A stretch of DNA of 45,580 nt from Macrostomum lignano (Eukaryota). The DNA is taken from NCBI GenBank assembly GCA_002269645.1, contig NIVC01002354.1:1-45580 (forward strand), given 5' to 3'. The position numbers and the translations under genes were made by a program. Under the pieces are notes generated by a model. It did not search any database and had not been told where the DNA came from. It worked only from the letters and a program-made list of their open reading frames with translations. Below, in pieces: positions 1 to 10,211 of the stretch. Position 1 is the first letter of the stretch. Every line of letters starts with the position of its first letter.

Positions 1-291
1 AAAAGGTAGAAATTGGCCAACTTGCGAGCGAGCCAACTGGCGGCCTAACAACTATCGGTCGAACAAAAACTTGTGTTCTAAACTTTCGATTGAACAGTAA
101 AGCCAGTAAAGTTGAAAGGCTAATTGAAATCAAAAGGAGGCGCAAGCAAACATATTTAGCCGCTTAACTCGACAGGCGCGCAACCTCCTATATTGGTGAA
201 GACACCCAACCGGCGCTAGAAAGCACGATAAGACCTCTTTTCAAGCAACCATTAACATGGGAACCCGAGAAGGCAGGCCGGATATGAAAAT

Positions 292-633
292 ATGAGACTA
301 GACCAGCTGCGACGAAGATGGAAACTTCGTCGGCCAACTATACAATGGAATCCCAAGCAGGGACGCATAGTGCAATACGCAGATGTTAACTCGGACGACA
401 ACACACAGGTTACCCGGTTTCACGAGGAACTGTTAAAGCAAGTGGTGATCTCAAGCCGACCACAGAGGAATGATGAACACCAATTGTTTCGCATCCACCA
501 AGAACTGTTGGATATCACCAGCCCAACGGCAACAATAGTAACGCATCTGACCTCCCGCCGAATCTTGGAGAACCCAGGAAATCTCAGCTGGCTGGGGTCA
601 GACTATAGGATGCTGGAAGCAACACGGTCATAA
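292..633 (+). CDS. Hypothetical 113-aa ORF, no family recognised
   Basis: ATG-started open frame with plausible composition; no motif recognised. Confidence 0.2.
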   Translation: MRLDQLRRRWKLRRPTIQWNPKQGRIVQYADVNSDDNTQVTRFHEELLKQVVISSRPQRNDEHQLFRIHQELLDITSPTATIVTHLTSRRILENPGNLSWLGSDYRMLEATRS

Positions 634-1256
634 TTATTGACTATACCGACCAGGACGCCTTCGCGTGCTCCCACTTTTCAGTTCTAGCGCGCGGAATTCG
701 GTCGGTGGTAACGCACCCTTGGGGCCCGAAATGTCGGCACCTTCAGCGGCACGCCACCCTAGTAAAGTACCTGCTACAGATATGGCAATACCACGGCATC
801 CACCTGGGGTCAGGGGACATAAAGAAGCCAATAATGATGGCTTACTCCCCAGCTACTTTGCAATGGCCACAGCTGAAGGCAGCACTAATAGCAGCTTGTG
901 GCAGGAGTATGGAGGCAGGGAGAAGGGGAGGAGCAATCCCCTAGATGCAAAGAAGGGGGCCCGGTCAGCGAGGTACCGTCGGTGGGATGGGAAGGCCATC
1001 GAGTTCGAGACCGACCCACTCTGTGGATGCCCTCGTTGGCAGGCTCCCTCTTTTGGCACCCACGGTCAGCAGCCCCGAATTGTTTCAAGGAAGGGCTTGA
1101 GGGCTTGGGGAGCCAATCGTGAGCAGTGTAGTAATTCCCATTTTTCTCTCAGCCTCCAGATACAATATTAGCAAGTCAATAAACAAATAAGTGTAGCTAC
1201 AAGGAAGCCAATACAACATCAAGTAAGTCCGATTAACACTTGTCTTTACCGACCAT

Positions 1257-2839
1257 TGTAACCTGTCAATATAACAACACAATGCCATCACTCTGTTTAT
1301 TTGCACAACTGCACCATAAAAACACGAAATGCACGGGCCACTCAGCAGAAATGCTAAAACTCAAATAGTAGTCAATGTTAAACAGTTAGGCAGTAGGAAG
1401 AGGGCGATAACGGTGGCGACAGCATATTCCTAGAAAAAGCACCACGAGAAGAATGAGAAGCAGGCCCCCGCCACCGAGTCCGCCGAGCCATCCGCGTAAG
1501 GCCCGTAAGCCGGTATCAGACTCAGCCGCACGCTGCGACAATTCAGAAACGCGGCGCTCTAGAATAGTTACTCGATCATCCGTGCTCGAGAGAAGCTTGG
1601 CCAGTTGTTGCAGGGCGTGTTGGGACATTTTAAATGGCGAGAGGGATGAACTCGGAAGAATTTAGAAATAAGAAAGAGCGGCCGAGGTTACCGCCTGACC
1701 TTTTAAAGCGAAAGCCCGGGGGCCCCAAGGCTAATTAGGGGGGGGGGGGGCGATACCCCCCCCCTTAAAAAATTGATCCGCCAGAGCTTGGGCGCGGTTA
1801 GATAAAGTGAGAGAGCAGAGACCCTACGCCGGAGGGGTGAAAGTACATACAGACGTGCCACATAATTTACAAAACTAAACAAACTTAACTATTAAAAACG
1901 TTTGCACCCTCACATTGATTTTACTTATGACTGTTCTATTAAAAAAGTCTTACTCTGGCCCGATTCGCAAAGCACTGACATAGCAGGCTATCATTTAATA
2001 TTGATATTACCCAACCTATTCCTCCTGATGAATATTTCCTCTTCTCTAATACGATCTTCACAGATGAATTTCGCCGCGAATTTCTAACCCCTATAATTTT
2101 AGTTTCAGAAAGTCCCAGCGCACACCAGGAGAAGGCGAGGGTAATCCTGCTACGCAAGGATTTCAAAAAAGGGGGAAGTAATATAGGGATTAGAAATTCA
2201 GCATGCAGGCTAAGGCCTAGGGACTACAAGAGGGGAGTCTAAAGCCGGGGAAGCTAGAACAATAGAAATGGGAATAGGCGGAGCTTACAATAGGACACGC
2301 AGCGCATGGCAAACTACAGCAATTTCCTCACGAAATTGCTCCATTAATTTCAGACAGACATCAAAGGCGAGGCAGCAATTTGACCTGGACGGTTGACAAG
2401 CAGTGACGGCCGGCCGGAGAATTCTTAATGAGCCGGGCGCGGAGGCCGCACCTGGGGAGGAGCTGCGGGCAGGCCCGGGACCGACGCCCAACCCGACCGG
2501 CGTGGCAACCGAGGGGTGGATGCGTGAGCCGGCCCGCACAGAAGGACAGTGAACTGAACTCCCCCAGATGCTCTAACGCAACCAGAGTAATCCGCTAAGT
2601 CTAACCGTATAACCCTCGCCCCGTAGTTACGGGCATGTCTAGTGTTGTTAATTGCATGCGCTGTTTAGTGTAAACCCCGCTGTCGTGAGGAAAGCGGTTC
2701 CCCACCTCATCGGCGGCAGGGGACGAAGTTGTAGAGCTCCGCATAAATATACGCAAGCGGGAAGCCCACGGAGGCTTATTCTTCTTCTGCTGGTATTAAG
2801 CTAGAAACTGATCTATTGCGTCCTATTGCGATTGTTACA
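1257..2839 (-). mobile_element. Candidate LTR (5' LTR of a minus-strand element running off the left edge)
   Basis: Perfect 6-bp terminal inverted repeat TGTAAC (1257) / GTTACA (2839). On the minus strand the end is followed by 1 nt and then TGGTCGG, a PBS-like position. No TSD, and no gag/pol recognised downstream. Confidence 0.35.
1386..1628 (-). CDS. 80-aa protein: N-terminal coiled coil, Gly-rich linker, single C-terminal TM helix, CC plus basic tail
   Basis: ATG in AAAATGT context with an upstream in-frame stop at 1662-1664. Heptad-like LAKLLSSTDDRVTILERRVSELSQR, TM LLLILLVVLFLGI, then CCRHRYR. AATAAA on the minus strand at 1296-1301. Confidence 0.5.
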   Translation of the reverse strand: MSQHALQQLAKLLSSTDDRVTILERRVSELSQRAAESDTGLRALRGWLGGLGGGGLLLILLVVLFLGICCRHRYRPLPTA

Positions 2840-2913
2840 AGATTCTGCCATAAGGCGACCTCCTATAAGGACGTAAGCTCTCATACAAAACTAAGTGCAA
2901 CAAGAGAGAAGCT

Positions 2914-3103
2914 TACATTTTGTACATCTCTAACTCTGTAGCTGGAGGACAGATGCTGGTAGAGAAACCAAATCCAGTGAAGAGTTTTATTGGGTAATAA
3001 GGAGATTCACGAGATTGTGCTACAGTTTGAGACTGAAAATGGGATGGGTGTTGATTTTAACGGTGAAGAGTTTGTATTGACATTAATCAGTGAGATAATG
3101 TGA
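2914..3103 (+). pseudogene. Polinton/Maverick (adintovirus-type) minor capsid (penton) C-terminal fragment, frameshifted
   Basis: YILYISNSVAGGQMLVEKPNPVK, then a frameshift to RVLLGNKEIHEIVLQFETENGMGVDFNGEEFVLTL. This resembles the penton C-terminal pattern G..i.E.P...I..I.i...d..G..idFnGe as I recall it. Confidence 0.6.
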
Positions 3104-4235
3104 GAAAAAATTACAGTTGCTTAATGATTTCTGCAAAGTTATAGTAGCCGTCGTAATCTTTTACATAGGTTACTCCATACTTAAGAAACCAGTGTCTGGA
3201 GAGCTAGATTAATATTAGGGACATTTATTTTGTGGTCGGGCCAATATTTCCTCATGTACTCACTGCACTCTAGTTTGCATCGGTACTTACTCTTGTAATT
3301 GGGCTCGTGCGCTTTTTAATAAGAACCTGGAGAGACGATTGAAAGCATTTTTATTGACAATTTAATTTTTTCGAAAGATGAGCACCCTATTGAGTTTGGG
3401 GATTGGCGCTAAGTTGATTGTCTTGGCACCCTTTTTGCAAGGCTGGGAGGCTCCTTAGGAGACTGATATTTTGTGCTAGACTGATGAGGCTGCATAAATT
3501 TTTTATAATAAATGTAGAGGTTAAAATAATTTTCGGTGAAGCACGTACCCTTTTTTCGGGAATAATATTGAGGCTGTGATAATTTTTGTCACAGAATACT
3601 ACACTCAAAAAATGCAACTCACAAACTGATCTGGAATAATAAAAGTACAGAATTTATAATATGGAGATAGATTTTTTGGAGGCAGCCGCGCCATTTATTT
3701 CCTCCTTTTTTGCATACTTGAGCATCATTTGTCCCTTGTGCTCATTCTGACTTTAACCATTTGAGGCTTTCGGCCAGTCCCGTGCTTTTCCTCCCCAGGG
3801 CTCTGCATGAACTCTCGCATCCCTCTGTATTTAGGCGCCACTTGCGTTCTTGGGGCTGGCGCCCCCCTTCTGCATTTTAGTGTGTTTCATTAGTACAGTA
3901 TGGGGCAGTATTACGGCTCTCGCCCAGCCGCGCGTTTGTGCCCAATCGTGGCCTTTTCTCTTTTAAAGTCCCAACACCGCTCAGGTAACCCTTTGTGCCC
4001 CCCGGGCTCTGCGATTGTTCAAGCACCCCGGTATTTAGGCGCCGATCTCATGCGGGCAGGCGCCCCCGCAGTGCGTTTAGGGTCTCAATTATGGGCCTGA
4101 CCCACCCTTTTCTCAGCCGCCATGCCAACTTACCATCTTTTGTCAATCAAAATTTTATTCTATTTTTGCAGTTTTACCTTTTTAAATAAAGGCGCGCTCC
4201 GCCTTCACTCCGCCTCTTTATTTGAACGGGGAGAG

Positions 4236-5209
4236 TGTAGTGAGCCGCTAGTTTATGGTTAGGCGTCGCCCTTGTCAGCCGTTCCCTTACCCTCCCTTTG
4301 GGTTGCTGTCTGCCGCTGGTCAGCTTCCCGCCCCCCTTTCGTTTGCCTGTTGCCCCCCATGTCCCTTTCCGCCCTGCTGCGTCTCCGTTCTCAGCCCTCA
4401 GTCTCTCGACTGTGGGCTGTCTCTGTTTCGCTTCCATCCTGTTTTCCTCTGTCATGCGAGCAAGTCACATGACAGTTCTTGCGTTCTTTGAGTCTTAAAG
4501 TGCAGTAAACATGTTTACTGCACTCGTTGGCCCTGTTTACCGGGTGAGTCACATGCTTTCGGACCCCTCCCTTCTCTAAGGAGAGGAGTGACTCATGTTG
4601 CTAAAAATAGCAACTGAGTCACAGCCATGTGCACTCTGCCGGGGACCCTCAAGTGACGTCAGTTCTAAAAATAGAACAAGTCACGAGGTCTTCCGCGCGC
4701 TTGTACCCTGCCCGAGACTCTCGAGTGACGTCAGTTCTAAAATTAGAACAAGTCACGAGGTCTTGTGCGCGGGTGTTTCCCGGCTATAAATAGGAGCCCT
4801 CTCCCCTTGTTTCCGTCAAGGAGTTCTTGATTCCCGAGTTCTAAGACCTGTGTGCGGTAGCGTCTGAACTGAGCGCCCGACTGCGTTTATTGAATCTGTT
4901 CTTATTGATCTGACTGAGACCCTACTAAAGCACGCCCCAAGCCTACGAGAGGCTAACTCAGCCCTCCCTCTACCATCCAAGCCCGGCGGGTGCTGCTGAC
5001 GAGACGCCTTATACGTTGAACTGCAAACCTGCACGTCGTGCTGTGTTCGTTGACTTCCTTACTTCGTTCCGACGGGAAGCTCACCTCACCGAAGGCCGAG
5101 ACCTAAAGGAACTGAGCACTACCTACGCTACTAAAGTTAAGAAGGCTTTGAGTGAGAGGACGGAGCCCAAGTCACTGCGCTGTACAGCAGGACAACCACA
5201 GGTACAACA
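4236..5209 (+). mobile_element. Gypsy-type LTR (family 2, TGTAGTG...ACAACA)
   Basis: Starts TGTAGTG directly after the purine tract GGGGAGAG (4228-4235) and ends TACAACA. It is followed after 1 nt by TGGTGGCAG (tRNA-Leu-type PBS). TATA at 4785. Termini and CGCCCTTGTCAG are shared with the solo LTR at 42149-43438. Confidence 0.75.
4499..4793 (+). promoter_or_regulatory. LTR U3 enhancer/promoter: forkhead, AP-1, CRE and MEF2 consensus cluster plus TATA
   Basis: Perfect 26-bp palindrome at 4499-4524 (GTAAACA/TGTTTAC). TGA(G/C)TCA at 4545, 4589 and 4615; TGACGTCA at 4654 and 4726; CTAAAAATAG at 4601 and 4665; CTAAAATTAG at 4737; CTATAAATAG at 4784. Confidence 0.65.
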
Positions 5210-5679
5210 CTGGTGGCAGTAGGATTCAAAGACCTACCAGGCCACCCCGAGAAAACCATAAGTACTTCAAAAGTATAAAACTAAAATGAATAAGCAGTGA
5301 CTTGGGCACATAATTATAGCAAACAGTTTTTGAATGATATATAGCTTTTAAATAGATGCATTCAATTAAACAGATCTGTAAAATTCAAGTTAGTCACTAG
5401 GTAGCTTTAGACTATAATTGCTGCATGATTTAGCTAGTAACTAAAATAATATGAAGGTCAATTATTTACGAAAAAATCTTTATAAAATCTATCAAAGCTA
5501 AGTTTTGTAAGTTTTGTAAGTTTTGAAAGTTATATCAAAAGAAGAGCTTTGTATCTGCTTTTAATAAAAATCTATCACCATTTTAAAGTGAAAAAGTGAA
5601 AAGTTCCTATCTAGCTAGTGCATTTTTCAATTTTCCAAGAAATGAAGTGTCCCATCCTTTTTCTAGGGGTCCTTGATCA

Positions 5680-5993
5680 GAGCTCATACCAGAACAGCAA
5701 AGTCAGGATAGACACGACTTAGCGGCCCAAGTTCTTCAACTGAAATTGAAACAACTGATGGAATTCATTACCAAAGGAGCTATCTTTGGGCCTATAGATG
5801 CAAAATGTACACAATTGAATGTCAGAAATGGGGTATGCCACATGCGCATATTCTGATTTTGCTACGGAACTGGATTAGGCCAAATCAAATTGATAGCGTT
5901 ATCCGAGCTGAGATTACAGATCCAAACTGTACCGGATACCCGCTGTACCGAAGAAGCTCACCTGAGGATGGTGGCTTCACCTTTCCAATAACC
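5680..5993 (+). pseudogene. Helitron Rep fragment (HUH motif region)
   Basis: YTIECQKWGMPHAHILILL matches the Helitron Rep motif EfQkRGlPHaHil. It is followed by IDSVIRAEI and GYPLYRR. Confidence 0.9.
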
Positions 5994-7038
5994 TGTGGCA
6001 GGTGGCTGCCCCTGGTTTTAATAATATTTATTTACTCCTTCAATTTAATAGACATTTATTAACTTTCAAAATTTGGTGCTTTTCCTTTTACGATAAGTGC
6101 AAGCCGTATTTTTTGTTTTCCCATGTAGGGCCAAGTTACCGAAAATTTTGTCACGCACCCCATCCCGCAATGGGATATTTTAATCTCCACCCGTGCCAAC
6201 TTGCTATCCCTCCGTTTGCCTTTTTGCGTACCACATTTAATTGCATGTATTTTCATTACTCTGCCGTCGCTGGACCAGACGCGTTTCGTATGCTTTCCTT
6301 AATCTGGTCCAGCGGCAAACTTTGCTCACGTTTACTTATAAAATGTGCGTCTGTTTGTGTTTACTTTTGGTTTAACCTCCTCCTCCTCCTCCTCCTCCTC
6401 CTCCTCCTCCTCCACCTACTTTCCCTCCGTTTTTGACGCGTTAGTTTAATTCTGTACTCCTTTCTGCTTACTCTCTTAGTTTTATTTCATTTTAATTAAT
6501 CGTCGCACCGCGGCCCGCCGAAAATCATCCTCGTTAGTAATAATAATCTATTCATCCTGCCCAATAAATCCCAACAAATAAAGAAATAATATCGATACAA
6601 TTCATTATAAATTAATAGTTGACTTTAAGCCGTAGCTTATCTTGAATCTTTTGCCGGTGGGGCGTAAAATAACCAAGTTTCCTCAGCTAAAGAAAAGCTC
6701 CGAGACTTATCCGTTCCGTAATACGTAAATTACGGTGGTGGCAGCTCTACCCTACTGGAAGTAATAAGCTCAGCAAAACGACACATTAATTACGGTGCCT
6801 ACATTTCCGGTGTTTTCATCGCTTTGAACGACCGCGCCGCTACACGACCGCTCCGCTACGAGTACGACTACCCTCCCCCGGACTTGAGGACCCCGGCTGT
6901 CGGAGTAAAAGGAGAAGATTACGTTGTGATTTGCCTGCGCGAAATTTCCTACTTTACTCGTGCGAACGCAACGCTACCGGGTTTACACGATAACCGGCCA
7001 ACTTTCAACTTTGTCAATTCTTCTCCACCCCCACCTCA
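5994..7038 (+). mobile_element. Solo LTR, family 1 copy A (1045 bp)
   Basis: TGTGGCAGG...CCACCTCA with 4-bp TSD AACC (5990-5993 / 7039-7042). Removing it rejoins the Helitron frame (FTFPIT/LHANGQTAEVNLDNR). Orientation is inferred from a TATA-like site near 6606. Confidence 0.85.
6376..6413 (+). repeat. (CCT)n microsatellite inside the LTR
   Basis: About 12 direct CCT units. Confidence 0.95.
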
Positions 7039-7042
7039 AACC

Positions 7043-7370
7043 CTACATGCTAATGGACAGACTGCGGAGGTCAATTTGGACAACAGGTAGGTCATTCCCT
7101 ACTGCCCACTCCTGTCAAAAGTTCAACGCACACATCAATGTTAAATACTGCAACTCAGTCAAGTCAATCAAGTACATTTGCAAGTATGTCAACAAGGGCA
7201 GCGACCAGGCAGTGTTTGCCCTTGAAAGGCAAGGAGCTGAGCGCGATGAGGTGGCTTGCTATGAGAGTGGATGGTACATCAGTTCAAATGAAGCTGTGGC
7301 GAATTTTTGGTTTCTCAATTCATGAACACTACCCAACCGTAGTGCACCTCAGCGTGCACCTGGAGAATGG
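7043..7370 (+). pseudogene. Helitron Rep fragment (catalytic Tyr motif)
   Basis: DNR*VIPY; KFNAHINVKYCNSVKSIKYICKYVNKGSD; WRIFGFSIHEHYPTVVHLSVHLENG. Contains stops and frameshifts. Confidence 0.9.
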
Positions 7371-9430
7371 TATATTTCCGCACTCTAAAGAGTGCGTCAA
7401 TGGCAAAAGCACGAGTGCGCGTAGCACGAGTAATACGAGACCATAGACAATTAAACCGAGACCAGTAATACGAGACCATAGACACTTAAACCAAAGATAG
7501 AATCACAAGCCCGAGTATCGTCGAAAGCTTTATTTCGTCAGATTTCAAAAGGGTTGTGCCATAGACATATGCATTCCTCGGAGTTTCGACGGACGCTGTA
7601 GCCGTTTTGTCTACAGAAAGCAAATTCGAGCGAGAGAGTGAAGAAGTATTGGCACAGTCACTGGAGGTTATTGGCACCGACGAACAATTGGAGAAGCTAC
7701 TGGCTACGGAGCCAGAGGCTTTATGTAACCTCGACAAGCTGGAGGAACTGGCTCAGCAGATGGCGAGAGAGAATGAGTCCAAGTCAAGCGTCTCCAAGGA
7801 AGTGGCGATCATGAAGAGGTTCACTATCTGGTTGACTGATAACCATCTATGCTTGGACTTCAAGGAGGCTATAGCAGAGGAGATAGCTAAGTACGTCCGT
7901 TACTTCTATGCAAACCAGCGAAAACCTGATGGCACCTTTTATTCACCCAACACGATGGTTGGTATTCGAGCTGCTCTCTTTCGTTACCTTATGAAGTTAC
8001 GTAGACTCAACATCATTACTGATCCGACTTTCCACGCGGCTAATCTAATGATTAAGCATGTGTGCAACGCCTATCTGAAAAATGGAGGTTGAATCTGGCA
8101 TTATAGAGCTATCGAATCTGACGACATGAACAAGTTGGCTGCCTACTTCGACAGGTCTAGTCCTTTGCGTCTGCAGGAAGAGGTGTACTTTAATTTGTTG
8201 TACTATTTTGGCAATCAGGGCCGCGAATGGCTACGTGGAATTTCTGTGCAGTCATTCAGCAAGACGACATTTGCTGACGGCTCCGTGGCCATTGGTTTGC
8301 AATGTGGTACATCTAAAAATGTTAGAGGTTCTACAGACATGAAGGAGTGCGACAACAACAAGGAAGCGATGATGGTGGCAATGCCAGTGGCATCAAATTG
8401 TCCAGTTGAGGCCTTTCTGCTGTATCAATCTAAGATCGCCGAGACTCTAGGATGGAACGGCCACGATTTTTTTTCAGAGGCCAAAGAATCGCATCAGCCC
8501 TGACGGTGTATGGTATACGAAACAGCCGGTTGGCGTGAACACATTAGGCCCCATGCTAAAGACGATCTCCGCTAATCCTCGGCTCTCCAAAATGTACACT
8601 GCGCACTGCGTCCGGCCGACGGTTGTTATAACCCTTCACGAAGCTGGTTTTCCAATGGAGACAATTGCAAAGGTTACTGAACATAAGGTGTGTGCCGAAT
8701 ATTACTTTTATGTATATAATGTACATTTTAATTTCTTATACGTGTGTATATAGAAAGACTTTATTTAATGTAGATTCATAAGTACACAATTCTGCAACAA
8801 CACGCGTGCTCTCCAGGTATCTACGTCTGTGGAGCGTTATATCCGACGTGGGAAGAAGAGGCAGGCGACTATTGCCAGCATGAGCTGCCAACTCACGCGT
8901 GCGCTGACCGACACGGACAAGCCCAACTCTGGTGTACCGGCGGTTCCGGTTGATGCCTCTAGTAACGCGAAGCGCATTGAGAAGCATGGTGCTCCCGAAA
9001 CGCTAACTTTCGGCCGCTTTAACGAGGAAAATGAAAGATCATTGCTAATGGTGAGACAAACACCGTTGAGTTTCATTTCGACTATTGCACTTTGTTTTGA
9101 GACTGAGTTAAAGCTACTAGGAAATATCGCTTTGCACGTTGGTGGTTTCACATACTTTCTTTTAGTACGCTAGTATATGTACGACTAGTATAGTTTGGTA
9201 TAGTAATACAAGAGTATGATTATATAGTATTTGAATAACAATCTTAAAATGAGCTACAACTGTTCTTATTTGTTAGTTACTATTAATCAGCTGTTAATTA
9301 GCTAGATCACAGTGAATTCGTGCTTTAGTCTATATACCTATTTAATTGAATTGCACATTGCTGCTATTATTGAAACCTTATAATTTTCATACGAGGTGTG
9401 CGTAATGAGAATTTAAATGAACTAAATATA
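7371..9430 (+). mobile_element. Crypton-type tyrosine-recombinase DNA transposon (approximate ends)
   Basis: Interrupts the Helitron between HLENG and the helicase. Short inverted ends TATATTT / AAATATA, a hairpin GCACTC-TAAA-GAGTGC near 7380, and direct repeats at 7428-7495. No TSD resolved. Confidence 0.65.
7607..9173 (+). pseudogene. Crypton / DUF3504-like tyrosine recombinase with one stop, one frameshift and one intron
   Basis: PDGTFYSPNTMVGIRAALFRYL; LQEEVYFNLLYYFGNQGREWLR; CPVEAFLLY; WYTKQPVGVNTLG; YTAHCVRPT. In-frame TGA at 8090-8092 and a frameshift in the T run at about 8467-8474. The GT-AG intron 8688-8816 joins EHK to VSTSVERY. The 3' end is uncertain. Confidence 0.85.
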
Positions 9431-9449
9431 CTGTATAATTAATGTTCTG

Positions 9450-9965
9450 TTTTCTTTATAGTGCAAGAATCGCACATCATTCCTGCACTGATTTTCTACT
9501 TGATTTCAATGGCGTTTTTACCATAGACAGTTGCATTCCGGCACGCGAACGAGTGCGGGAATGACATTCCTGCGCGCTGAATCCGATAACACTGGTCAAA
9601 GAGTGTACTTCACCAAGGAAAACATGGTGCAGCAAGGTCAGCGACCACCGAACACTCCACCTTGAGGCAACAATTGTGACAGGATCCGGCAAAGGGCAGT
9701 TTGTGTTTATTCCAAGAATTCCAATTATTCCATTAGACCTGTCTTTTCAATTCAAGCGAGTATAGTTCCCAGTGAAGGTCTGCTTTGCCATGACCATAAA
9801 CAAAGTTCAAGGACAGTCGCTAAAGGTAGCCGGAATCAACTTGGAATCACCCTGCTTCTCACATGGCGGACTTTATATTGCATGCTCACGCGTTGGAACT
9901 CCAGCTAGCCTCTTCATCCTTGCTCTCAGGGTGAGAACAAATGAATCCGGTGTATCCTTAGGCAC
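9450..9965 (+). pseudogene. Helitron PIF1-like helicase C-terminal fragment
   Basis: TIVTGSGKGQFVFIPRIPIIP; [19 protein letters not shown]; [15 protein letters not shown]. Confidence 0.92.
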
Positions 9966-10211
9966 AGCAATAAACATCTGTGAAAGTTGTTACAACTGAA
10001 CTATATTCACTTCACTGACATGAGTGTATCTTTAAACTGAAATTTTCTCTATTTATTAATTTTATTAAGAGCTACATTTACCAGCAGCAGACGTACCAAG
10101 TTCCCCTATTTAATTTTTTTTCTAGCTAAGTTTTTTGAAACTTTTTTGCCGGAGTGGACGAACCACAGAACACGAACTCAAGTACTATTTTTGCTAACCT
10201 TCTGAAGCAAG

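Noticed and set aside
665-1171. Possible DIRS-type tyrosine recombinase (CP...SH pattern)
   Set aside because: It lacks the R..E and HxxR motifs and the catalytic Tyr context.
2681-2839. 159-bp mini solo LTR (TGTCGTG...TGTTACA)
   Set aside because: No TSD, PBS or PPT. The longer 1257-2839 interval has a better terminal repeat, though it is also unproven.
5211-5230. tRNA gene fragment
   Set aside because: Only about 9 nt match a tRNA-Leu 3' end and there is no cloverleaf, so it is interpreted as a PBS.
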